64,000 nucleotides of DNA from NCBI RefSeq assembly GCF_013122565.1, contig NZ_CP053258.1; one strand, given 5' to 3'. Below the pieces are notes generated by a model, which searched no databases, had not been told where the DNA came from, and saw nothing but the letters and a program-made list of their open reading frames with translations. Both the position numbers and the translations under genes were made by a program. The DNA is from Escherichia coli (lineage in GTDB: Bacteria > Pseudomonadota > Gammaproteobacteria > Enterobacterales > Enterobacteriaceae). Positions 43,729 through 55,395 of this stretch are shown here, one piece after another (the first letter of the stretch is position 1; every line of letters starts with the position of its first letter).

Positions 43729-44856
43729 TTACATTTTTACCAGCAGCGTCAGCACTTCATAGTGCGCTGTGTGCGGGAACATATCAAAAAGCTGTACCCG
43801 TTCGATGCGGTAACCTAGCAGTTCGCGGATATCTTTCGCCATGGTTTGGGCGTTACAGCTGGAGTAGATAATAAAACGCGGTGCCATCGTTGAGAGATAA
43901 TCACACAGCGGTTTACCAATGCCGCGGCGCGGCGGGTTAACCAGCACCAGCTCCGGCACCTCCCCCTGAGCGGTGGCAAACTGAGTGGAGTCCAGCGCCT
44001 GAAATTGCAAACGCGTTAAGCCCAGTTCAGCGGCTGACTGCTTTGCACAGGCAATGGCCTCTGGCGCAATTTCGATCCCGGTTAACTGCATGTCAGGCGT
44101 CGCGCAGTGTAAACCAAAGCCACCCACACCGCAGAACAGATCCCACATATGTTTAACCGGCAGCTGTCGTACCCAGTCGCGCGCGGTGGCGTACAGCTGG
44201 CTGGCGACCGCCGGATTCGTCTGGAAGAAACTTTGCGGACGGATCCACAGCGGTACGTCATTAAAACGCTCTGCCAGCGCCTGATGTTCGGTCAGGTAGA
44301 TCTCCGTCTCCCCTTCCATAATCGCCATATGTACCGGCTGAATATTGACGGTAATAACTTTCAGCTGCGGTAGTTGCTCGTGTAACCACGGCAGCGCCTT
44401 ACGCAGTTGCGCCAGCTTGGTATCAGAACGCAGTACAAAGCGCAGCATCATGCCGCCATCGCTCTGGCTTTCGGTCAGCAGAATGTATTTCAGTTCGCCA
44501 CGCTTACGCGCCACGTTGTAGGGCGTTAACCCCGCTCGGGCGATAAACGGTTTTAGCGCCGCAAAAACGGGCGCAAATGAGGCAGGATAAAGCGGGCAGT
44601 CACAAAGGTCTTCCGGTGTGCCGTCGCGATGCAGCATACCGAGCAGTGGTTTTTCAACGCTACCACTCACCACCATTTTGGCTTTATTACGAAACCCTTG
44701 TTCCGGGCCTGACACCGGCGCGCACCATTCCTCAACCGGAAAGTCGGCGAGCAGATTTTTAAGATCGGCGGTTTTAGCGGAGAGTTGCTCTGGAATCGGC
44801 TGCGTTATCCACTGACAGGAACGACAGCGACCCGCGTCGTAAAGTGCGCACTGCAT
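43729..44856 (-). CDS. rlmC: 23S rRNA (uracil747-C5)-methyltransferase RlmC (375 aa)
   Basis: [39 protein letters not shown] (Fe-S cysteines) plus SAM-MTase motifs. Confidence 0.93.
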   Translation of the reverse strand: MQCALYDAGRCRSCQWITQPIPEQLSAKTADLKNLLADFPVEEWCAPVSGPEQGFRNKAKMVVSGSVEKPLLGMLHRDGTPEDLCDCPLYPASFAPVFAALKPFIARAGLTPYNVARKRGELKYILLTESQSDGGMMLRFVLRSDTKLAQLRKALPWLHEQLPQLKVITVNIQPVHMAIMEGETEIYLTEHQALAERFNDVPLWIRPQSFFQTNPAVASQLYATARDWVRQLPVKHMWDLFCGVGGFGLHCATPDMQLTGIEIAPEAIACAKQSAAELGLTRLQFQALDSTQFATAQGEVPELVLVNPPRRGIGKPLCDYLSTMAPRFIIYSSCNAQTMAKDIRELLGYRIERVQLFDMFPHTAHYEVLTLLVKM

Positions 44857-44896
44857 ACATTGACCTTCACATCATCAGGGGCGACGATTATACACA

Positions 44897-45385
44897 TTAT
44901 TGCAACTGGAAGAACCGCCGACTGGTCGAGGGAACGAACAGCAGCATCAAGATGAGCATATCCGGCAACTTCTGCAGCATCAGACTATGGAAGATTTCAC
45001 GTTTTGATTCACCGGGAATGCTGAACAGCTCCGGATAACCATACCCCAGCGAAGCCGCCCACAAATAACTTGCGGCCGTGATTTGTGTCAGCAGATATAG
45101 CCAGCGCGCCCAGCGACGCCCTTTCACCAGTGAAAACGCACACCAGATCTCAATGAAAACCAGCACCAGACTGCTTAAAAAGACCAGCGTTAAGCTCCAG
45201 GTTTGTACGCTGCGATGAATGAACTCACCAATACCGCGCACGCCCAGCGTATTGAAAATCATCAGCACGTCGAGGCCACGGATCATAATAATGGCGAGCG
45301 CCGCTACCTGCACCAGCGCAGGCACATTCAGGCGAGCATGAGATGAAGATGTTTTCTTAAAAAATCCCAACGTTTCGTCTTCCAT
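44897..45385 (-). CDS. ybjO: Inner membrane protein YbjO (162 aa)
   Basis: ORF track protein MEDETLGFFKKTSSSHARLNVPALVQVAALAIIMIRGLDVLMIFNTLG. Confidence 0.88.
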   Translation of the reverse strand: MEDETLGFFKKTSSSHARLNVPALVQVAALAIIMIRGLDVLMIFNTLGVRGIGEFIHRSVQTWSLTLVFLSSLVLVFIEIWCAFSLVKGRRWARWLYLLTQITAASYLWAASLGYGYPELFSIPGESKREIFHSLMLQKLPDMLILMLLFVPSTSRRFFQLQ

Positions 45386-45444
45386 GAAAACAATGCCGCG
45401 ACATGCGCGGCATTATGTAGCCAGGTTGGCAAATTTTAGTGTCT

Positions 45445-46290
45445 TCAGCCACGTCTTGCACGCTGGATATCGCGTATCCGCTGTTTTTCTGCGCGAGCCA
45501 TCAGATACCAGGCGATAAATCCGACAATTCCGACCGCGCCGAGGATTAATGTTGCCAGGGCGTTGATTTCCGGATTCACCCCCATCCGCACGCTGGAAAA
45601 AACCAGCATCGGTAACGTGGTGGCTCCCGGCCCGGAAACAAAGCTGGCGATCACCAGATCATCAAGCGACAAAGTAAAAGCCAGTAACCAGCCAGAAATG
45701 ATCGCGGGCATGATCATCGGTAGCGTAATGACGAAAAACACTTTCAGCGGCGTCGCACCGAGATCCATCGCTGCTTCTTCTATCGAGCGATCCAGTTCCC
45801 GCAGACGCGACGAAATAACGACTGCCACATAAGCCGTACAGAAAGTGACATGCGCCAGCCAGATGGTGAGCATACCGCGGTCCGCAGGCCAGCCAATGGC
45901 ATGAGCAAGCGCGACGAATAATAACAACAGCGACAAGCCCGTGATGACATCTGGCATTACCAGCGGCGCGGTGATCATAAAGGCAAAGCCATTTGATCCG
46001 CGAAACCTGCCAAAGCGCACCAGCACCACCGCCGCAATAGTCCCGAGGATCGCCGCCGCCGTTGCCGCACAGGCAGCAATTGTCAGGCTTAAACCAACCG
46101 CACTCATCATCGCGTCATCGCGCAATAACTCACCATACCAGCGCGTTGACCAGCCGGCCCACACCGTCACCAGCTTCGAGCTGTTAAACGAATAGATAAC
46201 CAGCATCAGCATTGGCGCGTAGAGAAAGGTGAAGCCCAGCAGCAAAATCACAATCCGCCAGGGCGAACGAACAACCGGTAAATTATTCAT
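45445..46290 (-). CDS. potI: Putrescine ABC transporter permease PotI (281 aa)
   Basis: ORF 45445..46332; MNNLPVVRSPWRIVILLLGFTFLYAPMLMLVIYSFNSSK from ATG at 46290. Confidence 0.92.
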   Translation of the reverse strand: MNNLPVVRSPWRIVILLLGFTFLYAPMLMLVIYSFNSSKLVTVWAGWSTRWYGELLRDDAMMSAVGLSLTIAACAATAAAILGTIAAVVLVRFGRFRGSNGFAFMITAPLVMPDVITGLSLLLLFVALAHAIGWPADRGMLTIWLAHVTFCTAYVAVVISSRLRELDRSIEEAAMDLGATPLKVFFVITLPMIMPAIISGWLLAFTLSLDDLVIASFVSGPGATTLPMLVFSSVRMGVNPEINALATLILGAVGIVGFIAWYLMARAEKQRIRDIQRARRG

Positions 46291-47240
46291 CCGTGTTCTC
46301 CCACGCTTTTTTGCTGGTGTTTGTGAAACCACATTATCGGCACAATTAGCAGCAGCAACATGATGATCGCTACCGCCGAGGCCACCGGCCAGTCGCGGTT
46401 ATTGAAAAACTCTTGCCATAGCACGCGCCCGATCATGATGCTGTCCGGGCCACCGAGCAGTTCCGGGATCACAAACTCGCCCACAGCCGGGATAAACACC
46501 AGCATCGATCCGGCAATAATCCCGCCTTTGGTCAGCGGCACGATCACAGTAAAGAACGTTTTCAGCGGTCGAGCGCCGAGATCCAGTGCTGCTTCCACCA
46601 GCGAATAATCAATACGAATCAACGCGGTATAAATCGGCAGTACCATAAACGGCACGTAAGCGTAAACAATGCCGATATAAACGGCCAGATTGGTATGCAG
46701 AATGGTCAGCGGTTGATCGATAACCCCCAGCCACAGCAGAAAATTATTCAGCACACCGTTGTTTTTTAATATTCCCATCCAGGCGTAGACACGAATCAGA
46801 AACGAGGTCCACGACGGCAGGATCACCAGTAGTAATAAGATATTACGGGTCGAAGGCTTACTGTGCGCCACCGCCCACGCCAGCGGATAGCCGATCAGTA
46901 AACAGCAAATAGTCGAAATCGCCGCCACCTGTAACGACTGGAGATAAGCATCAAAATAGAGCGGATCGTCGGTCAGTTGCAGAAAATTACCGAGATTAAG
47001 AGTGATGGAAAGTTGCCCGTCAGCCCACTCCATCAGTTCGGTATAAGGTGGAATAGCGCGCGCCATCTCTGCCAGGCTTATTTTAAAGACAATCAGAAAT
47101 GGCAGCAGAAACAGCAAGATCAACCAGATATACGGCAACGCAATGACCAGTTTGCGCCCATGCTTCATTTGCAGCTGCGACAACCACAGCTTAAATCCGC
47201 CCGGCGGTTTCGACTGGGCAGCAGGTTCAAGTGTACTCAT
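46287..47240 (-). CDS. potH: Putrescine ABC transporter permease PotH (317 aa)
   Basis: ORF track protein; ATGA overlap with potI. Confidence 0.92.
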   Translation of the reverse strand: MSTLEPAAQSKPPGGFKLWLSQLQMKHGRKLVIALPYIWLILLFLLPFLIVFKISLAEMARAIPPYTELMEWADGQLSITLNLGNFLQLTDDPLYFDAYLQSLQVAAISTICCLLIGYPLAWAVAHSKPSTRNILLLLVILPSWTSFLIRVYAWMGILKNNGVLNNFLLWLGVIDQPLTILHTNLAVYIGIVYAYVPFMVLPIYTALIRIDYSLVEAALDLGARPLKTFFTVIVPLTKGGIIAGSMLVFIPAVGEFVIPELLGGPDSIMIGRVLWQEFFNNRDWPVASAVAIIMLLLLIVPIMWFHKHQQKSVGEHG

Positions 47241-47249
47241 CTTTGCTCC

Positions 47250-48383
47250 TTAAACCGTCAGCACCACACAGCTGTCCACTTCCCAGCACAAACGCACTTC
47301 GTCGCCCCAGGTGGGTAACCCTTTACGATGACGATGGGCGTTTTGTAGCTGGGCGCTAATCATCTGCCCACTTTTCAGACGAACGTGATACACCGAAAGA
47401 TCGCCGAGATAGGCAATGTGTATCACCTCCCCCACCGCGAAGTTACAACCATTGGCGGGCGGCTCTTCGCAAAGCATGATTTTTTCCGGACGCAGCGCTA
47501 CGTGTACCGGCACGTTATCGACCACTGAAGCATCCGCATCGACTTTCAATGGATGCACCAGTCCCGGCGAATAAAGCACCAGACCATCATCCTGACGCTC
47601 TTTGAGTACACCTTCAAAGACATTAACCGAACCGATAAATTCAGCGCTGTAGCGGGTGGTCGGATGCTCGTAGATCTCTTCCGGTTCGCCAATCTGGACA
47701 AATTTCCCACGATTCATAATGGCGATACGCCCCGCCATGGTCATCGCCTCTTCCTGATCGTGAGTAACCATCACGCAGGTCACACCGACGCGCTCCAGAA
47801 TATCCACCACTTCAAGCTGCATCCGGTCACGCAGCTTTTTATCCAGCGCGCCCATCGGCTCATCGAGCAGTAATAGTTTCGGGCGCTTGGCAAGGCTTCT
47901 GGCCAGGGCCACACGCTGTCGCTGACCACCGGAAAGCTGATGCGGTTTGCGTTTGGCGAACTCCTGCATATGCACCAGCCCGAGCATCTCATTGACCCGG
48001 CTGGCAATTTCCGCTTTCGGTAGTTTGTCCTGTTTCAGGCCAAAAGCGATGTTCTGTTCCACGGTCATATGCGGAAACAGCGCGTAAGACTGAAACATCA
48101 TATTGATGGGGCGCAGGTAAGGCGGCACCTGTGACAAATCGACGCCATCGAGCATTATCTGCCCGGCAGAAGGTTGTTCAAAACCTGCCAGCATACGCAG
48201 CAGCGTGGACTTGCCACAGCCGGATGCGCCCAGCAGCGCGAATATTTCGCCTTTATAGATGGTCAGGCTGACATCATCCACCGCATGTTGACCATCGTAG
48301 GATTTAGTCAGATTACGGATTTCTAAAAGCGGCGTCAGCGCCTTACGGGTTTTCGCCTGCGGGCGAGGGATAGCGTCATTCAC
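47250..48383 (-). CDS. potG: Putrescine ABC transporter ATPase PotG (377 aa)
   Basis: ORF 47250..48464; GTG start at 48381-48383 (VNDAIPRPQAKTRKALTPLLEIRNLTKSYDG) with ggagag SD; Walker A GASGCGKST. Confidence 0.9.
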   Translation of the reverse strand: MNDAIPRPQAKTRKALTPLLEIRNLTKSYDGQHAVDDVSLTIYKGEIFALLGASGCGKSTLLRMLAGFEQPSAGQIMLDGVDLSQVPPYLRPINMMFQSYALFPHMTVEQNIAFGLKQDKLPKAEIASRVNEMLGLVHMQEFAKRKPHQLSGGQRQRVALARSLAKRPKLLLLDEPMGALDKKLRDRMQLEVVDILERVGVTCVMVTHDQEEAMTMAGRIAIMNRGKFVQIGEPEEIYEHPTTRYSAEFIGSVNVFEGVLKERQDDGLVLYSPGLVHPLKVDADASVVDNVPVHVALRPEKIMLCEEPPANGCNFAVGEVIHIAYLGDLSVYHVRLKSGQMISAQLQNAHRHRKGLPTWGDEVRLCWEVDSCVVLTV

Positions 48384-48477
48384 GGCTGCTCTCCGGCATT
48401 GAATGTGTGCAAGCGCACCATGATGGTGCGAATTGCCGGCGGGTGTGGTGCACCCGTCCAGCATCTACGACTGCGGA

Positions 48478-49590
48478 TTATTTTCCGCTCTTCACTTTGG
48501 TCCACGCGCGGGTGCGCACACGGTCGATTTTCGGGTCCTGCACTTTCAGAGTGAACATCTTCGCACGGACATCCGCAGGCGGATAAATACCCGGGTTCTC
48601 ACGGACTTCCGCACTCACCAGCGGCGTGGCTGCTTTATTGGCGTTAGCATAGAACACATGGTCAGAGATATGTGCCACCACATCCGGACGCAGCAGGTAA
48701 TTCAGGAACTGATAGGCTTCGTCTTTATTTTTGGCATCGGCAGGCATGGCGAATACATCAAAGAACGCCATCGCCCCTTCTTTTGGAATCGAGAACGAGA
48801 CATTCACGCCATTCTTCGCTTCCTTCGCGCGGTTTGACGCCTGCCAGACATCACCTGCCCAACCGATAGCGACGCAAATATCGCCGTTTGCCAGGTCGTT
48901 AATGTATTGAGATGAATGGAAATAACGAATGTTCGGGCGCAGCTTTAACAGCAGATCGGTTGCCGGTCCGGTGTAATCATCTGCTTTAGTGCTGTTGGGA
49001 TCTTTGCCGAGATAATTCAGCACGGTAGCAAAAACTTCTTCAGGCGCATCGAGGAAAGAGACGCCACAGCTTTTCAGTTTTTCCAGATTTTCAGGCTTGA
49101 GGATCAAGTCCCAGCTATCGACGGGCGCGTTTTCGCCCAGCACCGCTTTAACTTTATCGACGTTATAGCCAATCCCGGTCGTCGCCCACATATAGGGCAT
49201 AGCAAATTTATTGTCGGGATCGTGTTTGGCGACCAACTTCAGAAGCTCCGGATCGAGATTCTTCCACTCCGGCAATTTGCTTTTGTCCAGCGGCTGGAAA
49301 ACTCCCGCTGTCAGCTGGCGTTCAAGAAAGCTTGCTGACGGCACTACCAGGTCAAAGCCGGTGCTACCCGCCATTAATTTGCCTTCCAGTACTTCGTTAG
49401 AGTCGAAAACATCGTAGACGACTTTAATACCGGTTTCTTTTTCAAAATTGGCCACCGTGTCCGGGGCGATATAATCAGACCAGTTATAAATGTGGAGTGT
49501 TTTTTGTTCAGCCGCGAGCGTGCTGACAGAGACGGCCATCAGAGCACCCGCAACCAGACCCGATAGCCATTTTTTATTTAAGGCGGTCAT
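48478..49590 (-). CDS. potF: Putrescine-binding periplasmic protein PotF (370 aa)
   Basis: ORF 48478..49740; MTALNKKWLSGLVAGALMAVSVSTLAAEQKTLHIYNWSDYIAP from the internal ATG at 49590. Confidence 0.93.
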   Translation of the reverse strand: MTALNKKWLSGLVAGALMAVSVSTLAAEQKTLHIYNWSDYIAPDTVANFEKETGIKVVYDVFDSNEVLEGKLMAGSTGFDLVVPSASFLERQLTAGVFQPLDKSKLPEWKNLDPELLKLVAKHDPDNKFAMPYMWATTGIGYNVDKVKAVLGENAPVDSWDLILKPENLEKLKSCGVSFLDAPEEVFATVLNYLGKDPNSTKADDYTGPATDLLLKLRPNIRYFHSSQYINDLANGDICVAIGWAGDVWQASNRAKEAKNGVNVSFSIPKEGAMAFFDVFAMPADAKNKDEAYQFLNYLLRPDVVAHISDHVFYANANKAATPLVSAEVRENPGIYPPADVRAKMFTLKVQDPKIDRVRTRAWTKVKSGK

Positions 49591-49940
49591 ATCTCTTTCC
49601 TTCTGAAAGTTCGTTAACAAACGAACAAAAGTTGTCACACTGAAAGATATGCAATAAACGTGCATATTTTTTATCGGCGCGGTGTAAGAAAAGAGAACTC
49701 TCTCCCGGCCAGCACTGCTCGCTATATAAAAGCATCGCAAGAATAACTTTAGCCAGGGTTTGAGACTATAGCTCGGATTAAAAAACGGTATTTAACAAAT
49801 TTTTATGCGTATTTGCTCTATGTGATAAAGCCAAATCGACACAAGAGAAGTGAAATAATCTTTAAGAAAAGGTTAAAAACAGCAGATAATTTTGCAGCGC
49901 GCAGTCACTGCGGCAGCGACTGCGTGCTCGAAAGGAGTTA

Positions 49941-50417
49941 TCAGTGGAGAAAATAGTTTTCGGTAACGTTGTTTTGCCCTTCATCGTCAGTCGGTAACAG
50001 CAGTTGATGGGCATTAGCTTCAAGAATAACCATCGAAATCTGCTCTTCGCTCTGACGCACGAACCATGCAAACTGCTCATAGGTTACGCCCTGCATAACG
50101 GATAAAGACTGGCAAACCACCAGCTTTGGCAGATTATCATCCTGCATATCAAGAAATGCTTTCACAGTCAGCGAACTGGCATTGATGGCAGATAAATCCG
50201 CCGCCAGCGGCAATACGGCTGAAGGTCGGACTTCAGCCATGGCAGAAAACAGGATCGTGTTATCGATCAGATCGATTTTGGCATCAAAGACACCGTCGAA
50301 ATTCTGCATATGGGGCAGATGCAGAGCCTGACAGTTATCACATTCAAAAAAACTCATCCCCAGGTCATCGAGCCATTGACGCAACGTATCCAGACCAGGA
50401 ACGACCAGCGATGTCAT
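49941..50417 (-). CDS. ybjN: YbjN (158 aa), putative sensory transduction regulator family
   Basis: ORF 49941..50465; MTSLVVPGLDTLRQWLDDLGMSFFECDNCQALHLPHMQNFDGVFDAKIDL. Confidence 0.88.
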   Translation of the reverse strand: MTSLVVPGLDTLRQWLDDLGMSFFECDNCQALHLPHMQNFDGVFDAKIDLIDNTILFSAMAEVRPSAVLPLAADLSAINASSLTVKAFLDMQDDNLPKLVVCQSLSVMQGVTYEQFAWFVRQSEEQISMVILEANAHQLLLPTDDEGQNNVTENYFLH

Positions 50418-50504
50418 AATTTTGTACAACCTCTTCCGATAAAAAGACCGGCACAGCTTACGCAAAAAGCGCAGGCAAAACCATGATCAGTAATGTGATT
50501 GCGA

Positions 50505-51407
50505 CTAACCACCCGTTTTCAGGCAATATTCTGTCGTAGCGTGGCGTTCGATCCAGCGGATCATTTTACCCGCGATGTCGATACCGGTGGTTTTTTCTAT
50601 TCCTTCCAGCCCCGGCGACGCATTCACCTCCATCACCAACGGCCCGCGATTAGCACGCAGAATATCCACACCAGCAACGTCCAGCGCCATCGTTCGCGCG
50701 GCTTTTATCGCGATTTCACGCTCCTGTGGTGTGATACTGGCGACGCTTGCCGCGCCGCCACGATGCAAATTGGAACGAAAATCGCCCTCTTTCGCCCGTC
50801 GTTCAATCGCAGCGACCACTTCATCGCCAACAACCAGACAGCGGATATCGCACCCTTGCGCCTCTTTGATATATTCCTGCACCAGAATATGCGCGTTCAG
50901 ACCGCGAAAAGCGTCAATCACGCTTTCGGCCGCCTGACGCGTCTCCGCCAGCACGACGCCAATTCCCTGCGTGCCTTCAACCAACTTGACCACCAGCGGC
51001 GCACCACCGACCATGTCGATTAAATCGCTGGTATCATCCGGCGAATGCGCAATGCCCGTGACAGGCAGGTCGATGCCCTGACGCGCCAGCAGTTGCATGG
51101 AACGCAATTTGTCACGCGCCCGGGCAATGGCGACCGACTCATTGAGCGGATAGCTCCCCAGCATCTCGAACTGGCGCAGTGCCGCCGTCCCATAAAAGGT
51201 AATGGCGGTGCCAATACGCGGGATCACTGCGTCAAAATGGGGTAACTTGCGGCCTTTGTAGTGAATAGAAGACGCCGCAGGATTTATGTTCATGTAGCAA
51301 GAAAGCGGATCAAGAATTTCAACCAGGTGACCGCGCTGTATAGCGGCTTCACGCAGCCGCTTACACGAATAGAGCGTTCCATCCCGGGACAATATGGCAA
51401 TTTTCAC
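50505..51407 (-). CDS. rimK: Ribosomal protein S6 glutamate ligase RimK (300 aa)
   Basis: [73 protein letters not shown] (ATP-grasp). Confidence 0.95.
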   Translation of the reverse strand: MKIAILSRDGTLYSCKRLREAAIQRGHLVEILDPLSCYMNINPAASSIHYKGRKLPHFDAVIPRIGTAITFYGTAALRQFEMLGSYPLNESVAIARARDKLRSMQLLARQGIDLPVTGIAHSPDDTSDLIDMVGGAPLVVKLVEGTQGIGVVLAETRQAAESVIDAFRGLNAHILVQEYIKEAQGCDIRCLVVGDEVVAAIERRAKEGDFRSNLHRGGAASVASITPQEREIAIKAARTMALDVAGVDILRANRGPLVMEVNASPGLEGIEKTTGIDIAGKMIRWIERHATTEYCLKTGG

Positions 51408-51467
51408 CCTGCACCTCTCTGTCAGACCTGGTCAAAAGCCCGCGTATCATACATCGACGTGGCGGTT

Positions 51468-52190
51468 TTAGCGCGTCGCCCAACCCTGTTTGTGCAAATA
51501 ATCCAGAATAAATGGGCGGCTTTCTTTAATGATTGTTCGGCGGATATGATCGCTCCAGGTATCCCGGCGATTATTGCTGCCACGTGTGAGGTAATATTCC
51601 GCCAGTTGCTCGTCATACTGCGCCAGTTCGTCTTTATCCAGCGGTTGATAGCTGTTTTCATGCACCAAAATGGAGGCCGGTAAACGCGGCTTAAGATCTG
51701 GATTATCCGCAGGCCAGCCAAGGCACAGCCCAAACAGCGGCAGAACATGCTGCGGTAATTTCAGCAGTTCCGTCACCGCTTCAATATTATTGCGCAGGCC
51801 GCCGATATATACCCCGCCCAATCCCAGCGATTCCGCTGCGGTTAATGCATTCTGCGCCATCATTGCCGTATCAACGACACCGAGCAACAGTTGTTCCGCC
51901 AGGCCGAGCTGAGCATCCGGACAGATCTGTAAATGGCGGTTAAAGTCGGCACAGAACACCCAAAACTCCGCCGCTTGCGCTACGTGTTTTTGCCCGCCGG
52001 TCAGCGTCACCAGTTCTTCACGTAACGCTTTGTCGGTAATGCGAATAATGCTACTGCACTGCAAAAAACTGGAACTGGACGTCGCACGGGCGCTGTTAAT
52101 AATCGCCTCACGCTGCGCTTCGGAAATGGGTTCATCAGTGAAATGGCGAATGGAGCGATGGCCACAAATAAGTTCAATGGTTGGCGTCAT
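51468..52190 (-). CDS. nfsA: Oxygen-insensitive NADPH nitroreductase NfsA (240 aa)
   Basis: MTPTIELICGHRSIRHFTDEPISEAQREAIINSARATSSSSFLQCSSIIRITDKALREELVTLTGGQKHVAQAAEFWVFCADFNRH. Confidence 0.95.
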   Translation of the reverse strand: MTPTIELICGHRSIRHFTDEPISEAQREAIINSARATSSSSFLQCSSIIRITDKALREELVTLTGGQKHVAQAAEFWVFCADFNRHLQICPDAQLGLAEQLLLGVVDTAMMAQNALTAAESLGLGGVYIGGLRNNIEAVTELLKLPQHVLPLFGLCLGWPADNPDLKPRLPASILVHENSYQPLDKDELAQYDEQLAEYYLTRGSNNRRDTWSDHIRRTIIKESRPFILDYLHKQGWATR

Positions 52191-52461
52191 TATCTTTTTC
52201 TCTTTCTGAACGTGAATATTGCGTTGGGCGGTTCATCAGCTGTGGGGCAAGACGTTTTGCCACCTGAAGAATAACCACCACCGCAGCGGGAAGCATGAGC
52301 AAAACACCGAGAAAAATCATCAGAATCTGCACTTCTGGCCGAGAAAATGGCTCAGGCAGCGACAGGGAGTCGCTTACCGACAGCAGCGCCACCGCCAGCA
52401 ACATCATTCCGATCAATTCCAGTATCAACACGCTTTTAGGCAATTTACCGATCGCGCGCAT
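52174..52461 (-). CDS. ybjC: Small membrane protein YbjC (95 aa)
   Basis: ORF track protein; 17-nt overlap with nfsA start (operon ybjC-nfsA-rimK-ybjN). Confidence 0.85.
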   Translation of the reverse strand: MRAIGKLPKSVLILELIGMMLLAVALLSVSDSLSLPEPFSRPEVQILMIFLGVLLMLPAAVVVILQVAKRLAPQLMNRPTQYSRSEREKDNDANH

Positions 52462-52620
52462 ACGCTTCCCTCTGCAAAGTGAGCCTTCAGTCTAAAACTT
52501 TTCACTGTATTGTGTTTAACAGTTATAGCTTTTAGCAATTAATGCAACAGGTTAAACCTACTTTCAGCGAATACATTTTAGCGTGATCATTACAGGCATA
52601 AATCTATGAGGAGAGAAATA

Positions 52621-52878
52621 ATGCAAACCGTTATTTTTGGTCGTTCGGGTTGCCCTTACTGTGTGCGTGCAAAAGATCTGGCTGAGAAATTGAGCAATGA
52701 ACGCGATGATTTTCAGTATCAGTATGTAGATATTCGTGCGGAAGGGATCACTAAAGAAGATCTACAACAAAAGGCAGGTAAACCCGTAGAAACCGTGCCG
52801 CAGATTTTTGTCGATCAGCAACATATCGGCGGCTATACCGATTTTGCTGCATGGGTGAAAGAAAATCTGGACGCCTGA
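52621..52878 (+). CDS. grxA: Glutaredoxin 1 (85 aa)
   Basis: ORF 52606..52878; MQTVIFGRSGCPYCVRAKDLAEKL (CPYC active site) from ATG at 52621. Confidence 0.95.
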   Translation: MQTVIFGRSGCPYCVRAKDLAEKLSNERDDFQYQYVDIRAEGITKEDLQQKAGKPVETVPQIFVDQQHIGGYTDFAAWVKENLDA

Positions 52879-52907
52879 TCGTCTGACAAGCCCTCGCGTT
52901 GAGGGCT

Positions 52908-53285
52908 TTACTGATTTTTTCTGTGCTGTGGTTTAAACAAGCTGCTGATAAATAAGAAACACAGTGCCCCCAGCGCACACCAGAACACCGCGCTTAGTAA
53001 CCATGCCAGCTCTTGCCAGAATGAGCGGGTCGGTGAAAAAAACAGCCGCATAATAAGCATTGAACAGGGTGCCGCCAGCATTGCGCCAAACAGAGGTTTC
53101 AGGACTTCTCTACGCTGTGAAAAGAAACTGGCAACTGCTCCAGGAAGAATGAAAAACAGCAAGCCGATTTCAGGATGCCCGGCAGCCCGAAAAGCGCCTT
53201 TCATGTGCGTCGCCAGAAAAAGGCACACCACAATGAAGAGGACAAAACAGCAGATTGCCCCCGCCCAACGTTGTTTATGTTTCAC
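52908..53285 (-). CDS. ybjM: Inner membrane protein YbjM (125 aa)
   Basis: ORF track protein MKHKQRWAGAICCFVLFIVVCLFLATHMKGAFRAAGHPEIGLLFFILPGAV. Confidence 0.85.
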   Translation of the reverse strand: MKHKQRWAGAICCFVLFIVVCLFLATHMKGAFRAAGHPEIGLLFFILPGAVASFFSQRREVLKPLFGAMLAAPCSMLIMRLFFSPTRSFWQELAWLLSAVFWCALGALCFLFISSLFKPQHRKNQ

Positions 53286-53554
53286 TCGTTCCTCCTGACA
53301 CTGCGTCTATCGAACACATTTTTCGCCAGTGTGGCGTTCAGTAAGATAAAGCCGCTTCGCATTCCATGCTAATATAGGCCAACGCAATTCATATAGCCGT
53401 TGATACCTAATGTGATTACACTAGTAAAATATATTGTTACTTTACTATCGTTTAGGTGCGCTGAATGAATCTGCGCCCTGAATTCTGGTAAAAAACATTA
53501 TCGTAAATTACCATTTCTTTCAACAGCTTACTAGTAAACAAGAAGTTAGCCTCC

Positions 53555-55240
53555 GTGAATATAAACGTCGCCGAATTGTTAAATGGGAATTACATTCTGT
53601 TATTATTTGTGGTCCTCGCGCTTGGGCTATGTCTCGGAAAGTTACGACTTGGTTCGATCCAACTGGGTAATTCCATTGGCGTTTTAGTCGTATCGCTGTT
53701 ATTAGGCCAACAACATTTCAGCATTAACACCGACGCGCTTAATCTTGGCTTTATGCTGTTTATTTTCTGCGTCGGGGTCGAAGCCGGACCGAACTTTTTT
53801 TCCATTTTTTTTCGCGATGGGAAAAATTACCTAATGTTAGCACTGGTGATGGTTGGCAGTGCGCTGGTGATCGCCTTAGGGTTAGGTAAGCTGTTTGGCT
53901 GGGATATTGGCCTGACGGCCGGTATGTTAGCCGGCTCTATGACGTCGACACCGGTTCTGGTCGGTGCTGGCGATACACTGCGTCATTCCGGCATGGAAAG
54001 CAGGCAGCTCTCACTGGCGCTGGATAATCTGAGCCTCGGCTATGCCTTAACCTATTTAATCGGTCTGGTGAGTTTGATTGTTGGTGCGCGTTACTTGCCG
54101 AAATTGCAGCATCAGGACTTACAGACCAGCGCCCAGCAAATCGCCCGCGAACGTGGCCTGGACACTGATGCCAACCGTAAGGTTTATTTACCGGTGATCC
54201 GCGCCTATCGCGTCGGCCCGGAGCTGGTGGCCTGGACCGACGGCAAAAATCTGCGTGAACTGGGTATTTATCGACAAACCGGCTGCTACATTGAACGTAT
54301 TCGACGTAACGGGATTCTGGCAAATCCAGACGGTGATGCCGTGCTACAAATGGGCGATGAAATAGCGTTAGTAGGCTATCCCGACGCCCATGCCCGACTC
54401 GATCCCAGCTTCCGTAACGGTAAAGAAGTTTTCGATCGTGACCTTCTCGACATGCGTATCGTCACTGAAGAAGTGGTCGTTAAAAACCATAACGCTGTAG
54501 GTAAACGTCTCGCACAACTGAAGTTGACCGATCACGGTTGCTTCCTTAACCGCGTCATTCGTAGCCAGATTGAGATGCCGATAGATGACAACGTCGTGCT
54601 TAACAAAGGTGACGTTTTACAAGTCAGCGGCGATGCCCGCCGCGTAAAAACCATCGCCGATCGCATCGGCTTTATCTCGATTCACAGCCAGGTCACTGAC
54701 CTGCTGGCATTCTGCGCCTTCTTTGTTATTGGGCTGATGATCGGGATGATCACCTTCCAGTTCAGCACATTCAGTTTCGGCATGGGGAACGCTGCCGGGT
54801 TGTTATTCGCCGGAATTATGCTGGGCTTTATGCGTGCTAACCACCCGACCTTCGGTTACATTCCGCAAGGTGCATTAAGCATGGTGAAAGAGTTCGGCTT
54901 GATGGTGTTTATGGCAGGCGTTGGTCTGAGCGCCGGTAGCGGTATTAATAACGGCCTGGGCGCGATTGGCGGTCAAATGTTGATTGCCGGATTGATTGTC
55001 AGTCTGGTGCCCGTGGTTATCTGTTTCTTGTTCGGTGCTTATGTATTGCGAATGAACCGCGCACTGTTGTTCGGCGCAATGATGGGCGCACGCACCTGCG
55101 CGCCGGCAATGGAGATCATCAGTGATACAGCTCGCAGTAACATCCCGGCGCTGGGCTATGCGGGCACCTACGCAATCGCCAACGTCCTGCTGACGCTGGC
55201 AGGGACAATCATCGTCATGGTATGGCCAGGATTAGGATAA
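53555..55240 (+). CDS. ybjL: Putative AAE-family transporter YbjL (561 aa)
   Basis: ORF track protein; two membrane domains flanking TrkA-C/RCK_C-like segments. Confidence 0.9.
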
Positions 55241-55283
55241 AACTGAAGTTGCCCTGAAAATGAAATTTTTTTGCACAACCGCA

Positions 55284-55310
55284 GAACTTTTCCGCAGGGC
55301 ATCAGTCTTA
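55284..55310 (+). promoter_or_regulatory. SigmaE-type promoter of rybB
   Basis: -35 agaactt (55284-55290), 15-bp spacer, -10 tctta (55306-55310), start about 7 nt downstream. Confidence 0.6.
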
Positions 55311-55316
55311 ATTAGT

Positions 55317-55395
55317 GCCACTGCTTTTCTTTGATGTCCCCATTTTGTGGAGCCCATCAACCCCGCCATTTCGGTTCAAGGTTGGTGGGTTTTTT
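55317..55395 (+). ncRNA. rybB: RybB small RNA (sigmaE-dependent, Hfq-binding), 79 nt
   Basis: gccactgcttttctttgatgtccccattttgtggagcccatcaaccccgccatttcggttcaaggttggtgggtttttt matches the RybB sequence as I recall it, including terminator hairpin and U-tract. Confidence 0.9.
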